A stretch of DNA of 64,000 bases from positions 62,001 to 126,000 of the IMG/VR virus record IMGVR_UViG_3300045971_000577. One strand, written 5' to 3'. Shown piece by piece: positions 9,573-18,920 of this stretch. Each line of letters opens with the position of its first letter. Position 1 is the stretch's first letter. A program made the translations under genes and the position numbers. A model generated the notes under the pieces. That model did not search any database and was not told the origin of the DNA. It saw nothing but the letters and a program-made list of their open reading frames with translations.

Positions 9573-9617
9573 CCTTAGTTGAGCTCTTAGTATATGCTCA
9601 ACTAAGGGATCGGTCAA
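9573..9617 (-). promoter_or_regulatory. sigma70 promoter embedded in a 12-bp inverted repeat that covers the SD
   Basis: TTGACC-N17-TATACT; CCTTAGTTGAGC/GCTCAACTAAGG perfect inverted repeat. Confidence 0.75.
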
Positions 9618-9622
9618 GTGGT

Positions 9623-10129
9623 TTACTTGCCCGTCAGCTTGTGCATTTCGGCACGCAGAAGTTGATTGATGTAATCATTTACAGTCATGTCAGCTTCGTG
9701 TGCAAGACGGTAGAGCTGCATTTCTTCCTGTTCGGACAGGTTGAGCGGGACAATGATACGTTCGTCGAATTCTTCTTCGTTGATGATTGCTTGTAGCTTT
9801 TCAAGGAAGTCTTCTTCGACGTCAATATCGGTATAGGAAATATCGTCCCACGCGATATCTGCAGGAATGCCCTTAGCGTCAGCTTCGAGACGGTAGTCGT
9901 TCTCAAAGTCCGGATTGAACCAACGATAGGCAAGGGGTCTTTTCGGAACTTCGACGCTTACCTCGTATACTTCTGCCGTTTCGGAATCGTACAGAACCGA
10001 ACCGACGGGCTTGCCGCTAACGGTCTTGAAGTCGAGGTAGATAGTATTTTCGCCATAACAATTCCAGAGGTAGTTACTACCTACGGAAAAGCGATAACCT
10101 AGTACGTCGAGAATTTGTTTGATGTGCAT
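9623..10129 (-). CDS. hypothetical phage protein
   Basis: Likely start MHIKQILD at 10129; acidic; C-terminal ribbon-helix-like LAHEADMTVNDYINQLL. Confidence 0.75.
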   Translation of the reverse strand: MHIKQILDVLGYRFSVGSNYLWNCYGENTIYLDFKTVSGKPVGSVLYDSETAEVYEVSVEVPKRPLAYRWFNPDFENDYRLEADAKGIPADIAWDDISYTDIDVEEDFLEKLQAIINEEEFDERIIVPLNLSEQEEMQLYRLAHEADMTVNDYINQLLRAEMHKLTGK

Positions 10130-10137
10130 ATATTTAC

Positions 10138-10620
10138 TTATAGTGTAGTAACAGTCGAATCCGGCAACCACAGGGTTACAGGATAGTCTATGGTTTCTTC
10201 GATGATGGTGCGAATAATATTCCAGTTGCCGCCGCCACGTGCTGCGCCGATCATCGGAATATGTAGTTCTTGCGGACACATGGTGTCAATGGCTGTTTTG
10301 GCGATGAAAGTGTTGATGAATTCGAAGCAAGTTTGAATAGCATCGTAACTAACCATTCGCGTACCCTTACCGTACAGGTGTTGGGTAATCGCATTCCAAA
10401 TGATGAGATTAGGCGCGATAGCAGTAGGAAGGGAGGTGCCGAGCTGCAATCCACCGTTCTCATGGACTGACATGTAGTCTTCATAGGCGGTAGGATAGGT
10501 TGCCTTGATACCAAGTGCAACACCAGAACCCATCACACCTTGTGCGTTACAGCCGTGGACGACATGGCCTTGCTTGATGTGAAGCAAGTTGCCAAACTGC
10601 GTCATTACCTTTGTGCTCAT
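10138..10620 (-). CDS. macro domain (ADP-ribose processing) protein
   Basis: GNLL, VHGCNAQGVMGSGVA, PMIGAARGGG.W motifs. Confidence 0.9.
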   Translation of the reverse strand: MSTKVMTQFGNLLHIKQGHVVHGCNAQGVMGSGVALGIKATYPTAYEDYMSVHENGGLQLGTSLPTAIAPNLIIWNAITQHLYGKGTRMVSYDAIQTCFEFINTFIAKTAIDTMCPQELHIPMIGAARGGGNWNIIRTIIEETIDYPVTLWLPDSTVTTL

Positions 10621-10763
10621 TTGAAATAGTCCCAAACAAAGTAACCAGCCAGGGCAACAAATGCCAGGCTAAGGAGACCACCGCCAGTCAGCAGGCCCCA
10701 CACGTTGACTGCCAGGATGGCAATCAGCACCCATCCCCAGGTATCAGGTTTCCGTAGATTCAT
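10617..10763 (-). CDS. 48-aa membrane protein (below ORF-track cutoff)
   Basis: Hand-translated MNLRKPDTWGWVLIAILAVNVWGLLTGGGLLSLAFVALAGYFVWDYFK; fills the gap, ATGA overlap with macro gene. Confidence 0.7.
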   Translation of the reverse strand: MNLRKPDTWGWVLIAILAVNVWGLLTGGGLLSLAFVALAGYFVWDYFK

Positions 10764-10764
10764 T

Positions 10765-10947
10765 TTATATTGCCTCGATAATTTGATTTACAACAACAAT
10801 GGCAGGATTATAATCTGCCGGACTAATGTCGAATAGAATAATCGAACTATCCGGTCCATAGAAACCAACAACTGTGGCTATCTGGCCATCAAGCTCAGAA
10901 TCGCCAGACCCAATAATCTTTACTCTATCCTGTATTTCTGGTCGCAT
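10765..10947 (-). CDS. small SH3/KOW-like hypothetical protein
   Basis: 60 aa, AGGA SD, DRVKI...GQIATVV pattern. Confidence 0.6.
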   Translation of the reverse strand: MRPEIQDRVKIIGSGDSELDGQIATVVGFYGPDSSIILFDISPADYNPAIVVVNQIIEAI

Positions 10948-10956
10948 CTTGTTTCC

Positions 10957-11202
10957 TTATCTAAGATCGTCTTCAGTGTATAAACAGGTACATGACGAGC
11001 AATACCCATTCTTAGTAAATTCACCGTGTTGTGCTTTGTGGCGTGAAAGTCTGTAATCCGGATCGACAGGATTTCGGTCCATTCTTCTGGTCATTGCACT
11101 GACAGACACATTGTACAGTTCGGCACATTCCTTAAGGGTTTTGCCGTCAGTATATCGCAACCTGAAAAGATCAGATAGCTCGCTGTGGGTCCATTGTTTC
11201 AC
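10957..11202 (-). CDS. small HTH protein
   Basis: GKTLKECAELYNVSVSAMTRR helix-turn-helix pattern. Confidence 0.65.
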   Translation of the reverse strand: MKQWTHSELSDLFRLRYTDGKTLKECAELYNVSVSAMTRRMDRNPVDPDYRLSRHKAQHGEFTKNGYCSSCTCLYTEDDLR

Positions 11203-11569
11203 TAACCGGTGCCTTCATAGTAAATGGTGCGTTTCTCTTGTCAAACTTTGTGGTACTGGCACGCCAGGCTGCCCAATCGATTTCGATGGGACTATCTTCA
11301 GCAAGCGGATCAATAACCAAATCGGTAGTCGAATCTGCATTGTGACTTGCATTTTCGATTCCGTCAATATTGTGTTCGCCGAGAATAGAGTATGCCCTGC
11401 CACTCCAGAAGATATTCACGCGATCAGTGCTCCAACCCATGGAGAACGAATTCTCGATCAAACCTTCGATTGTGCCTGCTACCGTATGCCGAATAACAAC
11501 ACGAACAGGAAGTAGTGACGAAAGATTGTGTTTGATAACTGCGTGTGTCGCTTCAGGGGTACCTGTCAT
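11171..11569 (-). CDS. hypothetical protein
   Basis: 132 aa ORF in operon. Confidence 0.7.
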   Translation of the reverse strand: MTGTPEATHAVIKHNLSSLLPVRVVIRHTVAGTIEGLIENSFSMGWSTDRVNIFWSGRAYSILGEHNIDGIENASHNADSTTDLVIDPLAEDSPIEIDWAAWRASTTKFDKRNAPFTMKAPVSETMDPQRAI

Positions 11570-11759
11570 TCTTTTTACCTTTTAGTTTATCTACTACTTC
11601 TTGCATTTTGTACAGCTTCTTACATTCGAGTGGCATTCCTACGCTATGCACGACAGCAAAACATCTCGTACAACGATAGCTGATTCCGCTCTCAACGTCA
11701 AACTCCGCAATATTACCGCAGAGAAGAGTTACTTCCGGAAACTGACTATCAAGCGGCAT
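11553..11759 (-). CDS. small zinc-ribbon-like protein
   Basis: LLCG...YRCTRCFAVV.S.GMP.EC; ends QEVVDKLKGKK. Confidence 0.65.
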   Translation of the reverse strand: MPLDSQFPEVTLLCGNIAEFDVESGISYRCTRCFAVVHSVGMPLECKKLYKMQEVVDKLKGKKNDRYP

Positions 11760-12855
11760 CGTCGTCTTCTCTGCCGTACTCGGCATCTTCAGCGTTCATC
11801 ACCGCGGCCATTGCATCGATCAGTATGTGAAATCCGAGATGATCGGTACATTGGCCACCCGCGCCGGATTGCTTGACCCACATTTTTCGGGTATAACCCA
11901 TGTAGGAATTGATCCAAGCAGTGGTAAGCACTTCCTTGGCAAAAGTAGCGAGCTTGTCCCATTCGCCCAGTTCGCAGAGTTCATTTACAACCTCCAATAC
12001 ATCGATAAGACCGTATGTACTGGTAGAATCTCGCTTGAAACTATTCATCCACTTGCCAGCAACGCATGGATCATTCCACTCGAACACATCGCCGGTGAGT
12101 GACCTGAAGAACTTCTTCATTGATGGATAACCCATCCTTTGATCGTCGGGTACTGCTGCAAGTTCTTCTTCAATGCGCTTACGTTCGTCGGCTTGCTCCT
12201 TCAGTCGACGAATGTACTCGGGAATCGATGCCTCAAGATCCTTGAAGTAGAAGTGGTTGTAACTCTTCTCGTATCCGTGTGTACCTTTTCCTTCACCTTC
12301 GTATTCTTCGATATACCACTTGTCCATGATCGCCCGGAAAATGTCTCCGTGAACAATCACGTGCGTCACAGCACGGAAGTTGTCAACCTTCTTGAGCTTT
12401 GTTGCCAACCGGTCAAGTTCAAACTGCTGGGATTGGGTAAGACCTGCTTCGCCCCTTACTTTTTCGAGTTCGCGAAGATCGTACTCGTCGCTGTTGAAAT
12501 AAGGCGTGAACTGAATACCGAGACGATCTTCAAGATCGGCTTCGAACATCAACTCGACGTCGAAGTTTTTCTGGTTCACTTCGCAGTCATGGATGGAGTT
12601 GGGACCTTGTCCGAATTCGTACAGTTGTTGCCTCATTGCTTCGACTACAACATTCAGCCCGTGACCGTGGCAATCTTCAACCGCGCCGTAGTCGTTGTAC
12701 TTGCCGTAGAATGGGACAGGACACACATCGTACAGTGCATTCGAATAACAGAACGTCTTCGGTTCGTTGTTTTTCAGCAACATGAACACAGCAACATCCT
12801 GGCCGCTCATGACGTGCAGATTTGAAATCATACAAGTACCGTTCCAGCTACCGAT
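11749..12855 (-). CDS. hypothetical protein, probable ATC start
   Basis: Frame open upstream of track ATG (12831): AGGAG-N7-ATC GGT AGC TGG AAC GGT ACT TGT ATG (xGSWNGTCMISNL). Confidence 0.8.
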   Translation of the reverse strand: MGSWNGTCMISNLHVMSGQDVAVFMLLKNNEPKTFCYSNALYDVCPVPFYGKYNDYGAVEDCHGHGLNVVVEAMRQQLYEFGQGPNSIHDCEVNQKNFDVELMFEADLEDRLGIQFTPYFNSDEYDLRELEKVRGEAGLTQSQQFELDRLATKLKKVDNFRAVTHVIVHGDIFRAIMDKWYIEEYEGEGKGTHGYEKSYNHFYFKDLEASIPEYIRRLKEQADERKRIEEELAAVPDDQRMGYPSMKKFFRSLTGDVFEWNDPCVAGKWMNSFKRDSTSTYGLIDVLEVVNELCELGEWDKLATFAKEVLTTAWINSYMGYTRKMWVKQSGAGGQCTDHLGFHILIDAMAAVMNAEDAEYGREDDDAA

Positions 12856-12910
12856 GATAATTCTCCTATAAAGTATAAATAAGTGTATAGTAATGTAAAA
12901 GGAAAGTCAA

Positions 12911-12973
12911 ATGACTTACGGAATTTGGTCTACACAAGTAGATTTATATCCAGGCTGGTATTACATGGATTAG
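12911..12973 (+). CDS. putative 20-aa late peptide MTYGIWSTQVDLYPGWYYMD
   Basis: TATAAATA at 12874-12881, AAAGGA SD, ATG..TAG. Confidence 0.45.
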   Translation: MTYGIWSTQVDLYPGWYYMD

Positions 12974-13314
12974 TTCTTTCCTAGTAGTTTTTGCAGACGT
13001 TCGTATTCAACAAGATTCCGTACTTGCTGTGCTTCTTCCTGTGCCTTACGTTCGGCAAGACGACTTGCCCATTCCTCGTCCGTTTCGTCACGTTGCGTGT
13101 GAATACAGAAGGTAGGAGAAGGACTGTGATCATACGGATAATGGCGATCAGGCTGCCACGACACTGTTGCATCAGTGCCATATTCTTCAATCCAACTGTT
13201 GATGCGATCTCGGAGTTCAGCCAAGGTGCCGTCAAACTCATATGGGTCGGGTTCGGCCATAAGGTCGGTCCTGATACCACGTTCCTCAACTCCTCGATAT
13301 CGTGGGCGCGCCAT
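12970..13314 (-). CDS. hypothetical protein
   Basis: RDETDEEW..RL...EYERLQK C-terminus typical of phage early proteins. Confidence 0.75.
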   Translation of the reverse strand: MARPRYRGVEERGIRTDLMAEPDPYEFDGTLAELRDRINSWIEEYGTDATVSWQPDRHYPYDHSPSPTFCIHTQRDETDEEWASRLAERKAQEEAQQVRNLVEYERLQKLLGKN

Positions 13315-13661
13315 TAGAAATAGTCCCCTATGCCTTGCACAACTATGAATCCGCGGTTGATGAAGTATTGTCGGACGTCAATGTATGCACGCGCCAGCCT
13401 GTAGTCAGTGCTGGTTAATGAGATACCGTTGATAATACCATCAGTCACAACAATATGAGTGACATCGCGATCGCTGGGATTTTCAACATCAAGAAAATCA
13501 GGAGTAAATCCAGCGATATACAGGATGTCTTCCACACCGCCCAGAGCCAGTTCGATATTATCCGTAACAGCGCGGTGGCCGATACCATTATTTTTCACAG
13601 CAATGACCGGAAGGATGATTCCAAGGTCTGCCATGATTTGTTCACTATTCCATTTTGCCAT
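13314..13661 (-). CDS. hypothetical protein
   Basis: 115 aa, coupled to neighbours. Confidence 0.7.
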   Translation of the reverse strand: MAKWNSEQIMADLGIILPVIAVKNNGIGHRAVTDNIELALGGVEDILYIAGFTPDFLDVENPSDRDVTHIVVTDGIINGISLTSTDYRLARAYIDVRQYFINRGFIVVQGIGDYF

Positions 13662-13970
13662 TTATTTCTTCTTCGCGTAAAACGCATTAGGTTGCTTACC
13701 ACGTAAGGCAACTACCATATCTTCTTCTGAGATGAAGGTCTTCACCTGTTGAAGGTAATCAATCAACCCGTCAATATCCAGTTTTGGAAAATCCAACACC
13801 TGCCGGGCCGGCATTACATTGCTGGTAACCAACATAGACAGCTTGCGCTCTGTGTCAATACTAATTTTAAGCGAGAAGTTGGCGTTGGGCAAGTGGCTGC
13901 TCTGTGTCGCAGTCATGCGATCAGAAAAACCACCATCTTCGTTTACTGTCAGTATTCTTAGTTCGCCCAT
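13662..13970 (-). CDS. hypothetical protein
   Basis: 102 aa, coupled; EEDMVVALRGK motif near C-terminus. Confidence 0.7.
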   Translation of the reverse strand: MGELRILTVNEDGGFSDRMTATQSSHLPNANFSLKISIDTERKLSMLVTSNVMPARQVLDFPKLDIDGLIDYLQQVKTFISEEDMVVALRGKQPNAFYAKKK

Positions 13971-14734
13971 TATTCATCCAATAGTTCGGTTAGGGCAGCA
14001 GAACGTTCACGCAGCATATTCAGATGCGTGGTGGTGTATTCAGCATCGCCGTAATCCCGCGTAGGTGCAGGACGATCGAGCCAGCCATCGTAATCGGCGT
14101 CAGCTTTGATCCCGTCGAACAGTTCCTTGAACACGGTATCGCCGAGCGTAGGTGTGCCGGGAGGAATGGGTGTCCACACGTGGCCGGTATCCAGCTCTTG
14201 CTGCAAGAAGCGAACCCACGCATTGCACAGGTTGAGTGCAATCTGCACAAACCATTTCGGTGTCTTCGTGTTCAAGTGGTAAATGTCGCTGTACTTTTCA
14301 GAGAGCGGATACGGACGGAAATAGCGATCACTGAACTTCTCCTCGTTCATTGTTGCAGCAACCTGCAGGATCTGCTGGAAAAGTGCTTCTTCAGTAAACA
14401 TATCGTCTGTCGCTGTGCGCGGATAATACTGTGCCTTATCGAGCACCAGCTGTGCGGCGCAATCTGCACGAGCTCTATCGGACGTGTCGTATTGCGCGAA
14501 ACTTGTGGCAGTCTTATCTTCCCTGGCATGGCATTCGTGGATCAGCATATCCCACTGTGCTGGAGTGAGTTCAGGCCACTCGTTGATATAAAGGCGCCCA
14601 TCGTGCGGCATACCGTCCACAATATCATACCCGTTGCCGATAGTGAACAGCACATGGTCGAGCAAGGACACAACCGTCGGGAAAATGCCCTGGTATTCGC
14701 AGAGTTGACGATTGGCAAAATTGTGGATACTCAT
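13970..14734 (-). CDS. hypothetical protein
   Basis: 254 aa, coupled to neighbours. Confidence 0.8.
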   Translation of the reverse strand: MSIHNFANRQLCEYQGIFPTVVSLLDHVLFTIGNGYDIVDGMPHDGRLYINEWPELTPAQWDMLIHECHAREDKTATSFAQYDTSDRARADCAAQLVLDKAQYYPRTATDDMFTEEALFQQILQVAATMNEEKFSDRYFRPYPLSEKYSDIYHLNTKTPKWFVQIALNLCNAWVRFLQQELDTGHVWTPIPPGTPTLGDTVFKELFDGIKADADYDGWLDRPAPTRDYGDAEYTTTHLNMLRERSAALTELLDE

Positions 14735-14973
14735 TTGGTACTTTCTATGAATGCGTCTACTTCGGCGAACTTTTTATCGAACACAAGATCGATTTCGTGT
14801 GCCATAACAGCCAGATGCTGAGCCCTGTATTCGGCGACTGTCCAGCCACGATTGTGCAAGGCAGCGGCAATCTTGTATCCGGGCATCTTCTTGGCATTCA
14901 TGTCGCGCACTACCAGTCTTACTTCCTCGAATGGACGCTGGGCAAGTTTGCGATAGAGTTCAATCTCGCTCAT
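14731..14973 (-). CDS. small protein, GWT family
   Basis: Start MSEIELYRKLAQRPF; RGWTVAEY. Confidence 0.7.
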   Translation of the reverse strand: MSEIELYRKLAQRPFEEVRLVVRDMNAKKMPGYKIAAALHNRGWTVAEYRAQHLAVMAHEIDLVFDKKFAEVDAFIESTK

Positions 14974-15268
14974 ATCCGTGGATGTCGACACTGATGTGGT
15001 GGCTGACTTTGTAGGAATCGATGGTAGCAACTCTTCCAATGAGTTCGCCAATTTGGCGAGTCCTTTCAGCAATGCGTCGCGTCTGTGCTTCAGAGAAGTG
15101 TTCATTTTCTGTCCAACCGTGTCTGTCAAAGATTTCCTTTAGCTCGGCGCGAATGTCCCTGCTCTCTTCAGAAGCATTATATTCTTTCATGAATGCTCTG
15201 TATTCCGCATCCACTACTGTGAAATCGCTGCGTCTTAGGAGTCTAAAGGTCTCGTCTTGTGTGTCCAT
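14960..15268 (-). CDS. small protein, GWT family (leaderless)
   Basis: MDTQDETFRLLRRSDF...HGWTENEH; TTGCAG-N17-TACAAT at 15275-15303 ends 6 nt before ATG. Confidence 0.75.
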   Translation of the reverse strand: MDTQDETFRLLRRSDFTVVDAEYRAFMKEYNASEESRDIRAELKEIFDRHGWTENEHFSEAQTRRIAERTRQIGELIGRVATIDSYKVSHHISVDIHGYERD

Positions 15269-15308
15269 ATGTGTATTGTAGTATGGTCACACTGGTACTG
15301 CAACAGGT

Positions 15309-15497
15309 TTAGTTGTTTACAATCCAGGTAATCCACTCCTGGTATGTCCATCCGTGACCGTTTAGAAATTCTTCTCGTTTTTTCTCGTCCCGTGCTAGAT
15401 AATACCATCCGTCTCGTGGCATGGCAAACAGGATATTCACCAAAATAGGGGCCGGAGTTCTACGGAGCTTATCGTAGGTGTCGTCTTCGTCGGACAT
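15309..15497 (-). CDS. small protein, GWT family
   Basis: MSDEDDTYDKLRRTP...HGWTYQEW. Confidence 0.7.
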   Translation of the reverse strand: MSDEDDTYDKLRRTPAPILVNILFAMPRDGWYYLARDEKKREEFLNGHGWTYQEWITWIVNN

Positions 15498-15523
15498 TTT
15501 GTATAGTTGTGATAAATAACATT

Positions 15524-16249
15524 ATGAGAGACTATTTTATCACAACTATACGCGGAATATTCGTAGACGTCAATCAAGAATATCTTGATAGATATCTATC
15601 ACTTGTATTGGATTATATACCCGTTTATGATTATATAGAAAGACATCATATTCTTCCAAAAAGCTTATTTCCGCAATACAAGAAGGATAAATGGAATATT
15701 GTCAGTCTATCTGCCAAAGATCATTTCCTTGCACATTACTATCTACATAAGGCGTTGCCAAATGAGCCAAATATGACTTTTGGGCTCTGGGGTATGTGTA
15801 ATCAGAAAAGTCCTAATCACACTGATCGCACCTATATTGACGATAATGTCGACGAATTTGCAGCTATATACGAAGAAGCACGGATTGCTCATGCAGCGTT
15901 ATTTCAGGAGCGCCAACTTCTAAATAATACAATGAAGGGGAGAACTAAAGAAAATAGTCCATTCTTTGGGAAAAAGAGATCAAAGGATATTGTTGATAAA
16001 ATGACTGCCAATCATTGGTCGAAATGGAGAAAACCATGGAATCATAATATGGCTGATAAATCAGTGTGGATGGATTCTATCACATTATACAACACATGGA
16101 TGCAATCTGAAAAATGCGGAAGAAAAGCATTAGAGACCCAACTTGGAAGAAGAAAAGATTCTCTAAATACTATTCACTCGCATTTTGTAAAAGGATGGAA
16201 TCCACTGACTGATCAATCTTTTATAGATTGGTTAGCCCTTCACACATAA
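15524..16249 (+). mobile_element. free-standing HNH homing endonuclease
   Basis: ERHHILPKSLF...NIVSLSAKDHFLAHYYL; AT-rich, opposite strand, GATAAATA at 15511-15518, overlaps rtcB 3' end. Confidence 0.85.
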
Positions 16250-17425
16250 CACTGCTTTCAGTGTATGCACGATATCCACAAGTTCTTTTTGTGATTCCAT
16301 TACGGCATCGATATCCTTATATGCACCCGGAATCTCATCAATGATGTCCGAATCTTTACGACACTCGACACCAGCAGTCTGATTTTCTAAATCAAGAGAA
16401 GTAAAAAGCTTCTTCGCTTGATTTCTACTCATTTTACGACCAGCACCATGGCTGCACGAACAATATGCATCCACACAACCTTTTCCACTGACGATATAGG
16501 ACTTTGTTCCCATCGATCCAGGAATAATTCCCATTTGTCCGAGTTTAGCTGATACTGCCCCTTTTCGCGTGATCCACATTTTCTGCCCAAAATGTTCCTC
16601 GAGGCTGGTAAAATTATGGTGTGAATTGATTACCTCTCCAACAACCTTCATCTTTGGGATGCGATGCTTGATAGCAGCCAGCGCCAAGTTCATCATGGTG
16701 TCACGATTGAAACGGGCATAGTCCTGCGCCCAATGCATTGCTTCGATGTAGGAATCGAATTCAGGCGTACCTTCGTCCAGCCATGCCAAGTCGGCGTCAG
16801 CCAAACCATAGGCACGCTTTGCAGCCTGTTCCTTTGCCATTTCCACGGCAATGGTACCGATCTGATTTCCAATACCGCGTGAACCCGAGTGCAGCATTAC
16901 CCACACATTGTTGTTCAAATCAAGGCATACTTCAATGAAGTGATTTCCACCGCCCAACGTTCCCACTTGGCGGCCGATCTTCTTCTCGTCAGCACGGTTC
17001 AACTTTGCACGCAAAGTTAGATGGTCGAATGCATCCATCGTCTTGTTCAAGTTCTTTCGTAGAACATCGGCATACGGGCCGGAAACGGAAGGAATACCCT
17101 TTGCGTGCTCGTTGAAGCCCACAGGGATGTCACGTTCGATTTGGTTTCGCAAAGCGAACAGTGAATCTGGCAGATCTTCTGCCTTCAGATTGGTCATTGC
17201 AGCAACCATGCCGCAGCCGATATCAACGCCCACCGCAGCAGGGATGATAGCAGAACGAGTAGGAATCACGGAACCAACAGTGGCACCCTTACCCATATGC
17301 ACGTCAGGCATGATGGCAATATGTCCTGCCAAAACAGGCAGTTGGGAGATATTCATGATTTGGACAAGCGCGGCCTGTTCGACCTCCATGTCGCCTACCC
17401 ACATCTTTACGTTTGCGATTTCCAC
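16232..17425 (-). CDS. rtcB: RtcB RNA ligase
   Basis: MPDVHMGKG, VGVDIGCG, GTLGGGNHFIE, HSGSRG, HHN, RKGA, PGSMG, SHGAGR, DEIPGAYK, terminal VKG. Confidence 0.97.
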   Translation of the reverse strand: MEIANVKMWVGDMEVEQAALVQIMNISQLPVLAGHIAIMPDVHMGKGATVGSVIPTRSAIIPAAVGVDIGCGMVAAMTNLKAEDLPDSLFALRNQIERDIPVGFNEHAKGIPSVSGPYADVLRKNLNKTMDAFDHLTLRAKLNRADEKKIGRQVGTLGGGNHFIEVCLDLNNNVWVMLHSGSRGIGNQIGTIAVEMAKEQAAKRAYGLADADLAWLDEGTPEFDSYIEAMHWAQDYARFNRDTMMNLALAAIKHRIPKMKVVGEVINSHHNFTSLEEHFGQKMWITRKGAVSAKLGQMGIIPGSMGTKSYIVSGKGCVDAYCSCSHGAGRKMSRNQAKKLFTSLDLENQTAGVECRKDSDIIDEIPGAYKDIDAVMESQKELVDIVHTLKAVLCVKG

Positions 17426-17426
17426 T

Positions 17427-17675
17427 TTAGTAACCTCGTTTTAGTTTCCAAATTAGCACGTCTTCTGTGTCAATTATACACATCTCGTGGCTATTTTTCT
17501 TGACGGATTTTGTAGTTTTTGAAGCGTCAATCAGCTTGATTCTTACCAAGCCAGTACCGAGCCGCGCACTTCTACCAGTTGAAAAACCAAGCAACTCTAT
17601 GACTTGATAGATATTGCTGTAGTAGACAACATAGTTATCGGGCGCGATTGGACGGCCTAGCATGTCCTCGTGCAT
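17427..17675 (-). CDS. small SH3-like hypothetical protein
   Basis: DMLGRPI..DNYVVY; paralogue of 31604..31855. Confidence 0.7.
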   Translation of the reverse strand: MHEDMLGRPIAPDNYVVYYSNIYQVIELLGFSTGRSARLGTGLVRIKLIDASKTTKSVKKNSHEMCIIDTEDVLIWKLKRGY

Positions 17676-17947
17676 TATTTGCCCTTCAACTTATTGACTA
17701 CTTCCATCTGCCACTCAATGTACCGCCTGTGCATATACACAATTCCAGCAATGGCAGCAATCAATATAGCAACGCCAACGGAAGATAACAGATATCCGAG
17801 AACTATGAATGGAGTCTTGAAAATTATTGCAAACACAAAGGAAATAACAATGCCGGCACCCCACGCCAATAGGCAGAAACCTACCTTCTGGTCCGTTCTT
17901 ACGAGATGCTCATTCCAAAACCACTTCAGGAACTTCAGATAATACAT
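17675..17947 (-). CDS. two-TM membrane protein
   Basis: Two hydrophobic helices; ends QMEVVNKLKGK. Confidence 0.75.
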   Translation of the reverse strand: MYYLKFLKWFWNEHLVRTDQKVGFCLLAWGAGIVISFVFAIIFKTPFIVLGYLLSSVGVAILIAAIAGIVYMHRRYIEWQMEVVNKLKGK

Positions 17948-17948
17948 A

Positions 17949-18920
17949 TCAACCCTTCACGATTTCGATGACTCGCGGTGCGTGTACCTTGTCCTTACCT
18001 GCTCCACACGACTTGCGTGTCAGTTCCGGATGGCTGTTTGCAAAGTCCTGCACATACCAAAGCTGGCCACATCCACCACCAATATCGTCCTGACCGGCAG
18101 GATCGAAGCAGCGAACGGAATAACCCAGTTCCAGCAACTTCGACATGAAGTCGGTAGCGAGTTGGCGTTGGCGCACATTTGCAGCAGCGACGGATTCGTC
18201 CTGTTCGCACACAACAGAAACAGTTGCTTGCCAAATGTTGCTGGCAAACAAACCAGCCAACCGTTCTGCATCTTCCTGCGACGTATTAGCTTCATGTGCG
18301 CAATAGTTGAAGAATGGTTGACGACCGGTAGTGACCCACCAGGAATAGCCTTCCATTGCAATCTGCTCAAGCGTCAACTTCGCCTTGAACGGCACCAGCT
18401 TGTCGCGTGCTTCATTCGTGCTTTCATGCACGCTGAACTGTAGGCCGATGGTAGGGATTTCGTTGCTGATTCCACGTACCCAACTGTAGTCGATCGCAGG
18501 AGCGGAAGTGCTGATCAGCAGTGCTGCACGCGGATAGAGTGCATGCAGGCGGCGCAATGCATCAATCAGCCCTTGCTTGTTCAGCAAAGGTTCGCCCATG
18601 GACATGAACATGATCTGCATTCTGTCGACCTGCGTGTGATCGATTTGCTGATCTTCAAACAGGTGTTGCACCTGAGCAACGATTTCATCGCCGGTCAGGC
18701 TGCGGATGAAGAATTCGCCAGTGCCACAGAATCGGCAGCCAACCGGGCAACCCGATTGCGTGCTGCAACATACAACAGTGCGGTCGTTGTAGGTTGGGTA
18801 CTTGTACAGCACCGCTTCGGCAACGGCTCCGCGTTCGCCTTCGTTCGTGAAGACGTATTTGCGGACGTTATCATCCGAGCTCTGAATTGCTTTTACGTTT
18901 TCCCAATGCTGTGTGTTCAT
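17949..18920 (-). CDS. RlmN/Cfr-family radical SAM RNA methyltransferase-like protein
   Basis: VCCSTQSGCPVGCRFC (CxxxCxxC), FMSMGEPL, SVH, DIGGGCGQL. Confidence 0.88.
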   Translation of the reverse strand: MNTQHWENVKAIQSSDDNVRKYVFTNEGERGAVAEAVLYKYPTYNDRTVVCCSTQSGCPVGCRFCGTGEFFIRSLTGDEIVAQVQHLFEDQQIDHTQVDRMQIMFMSMGEPLLNKQGLIDALRRLHALYPRAALLISTSAPAIDYSWVRGISNEIPTIGLQFSVHESTNEARDKLVPFKAKLTLEQIAMEGYSWWVTTGRQPFFNYCAHEANTSQEDAERLAGLFASNIWQATVSVVCEQDESVAAANVRQRQLATDFMSKLLELGYSVRCFDPAGQDDIGGGCGQLWYVQDFANSHPELTRKSCGAGKDKVHAPRVIEIVKG

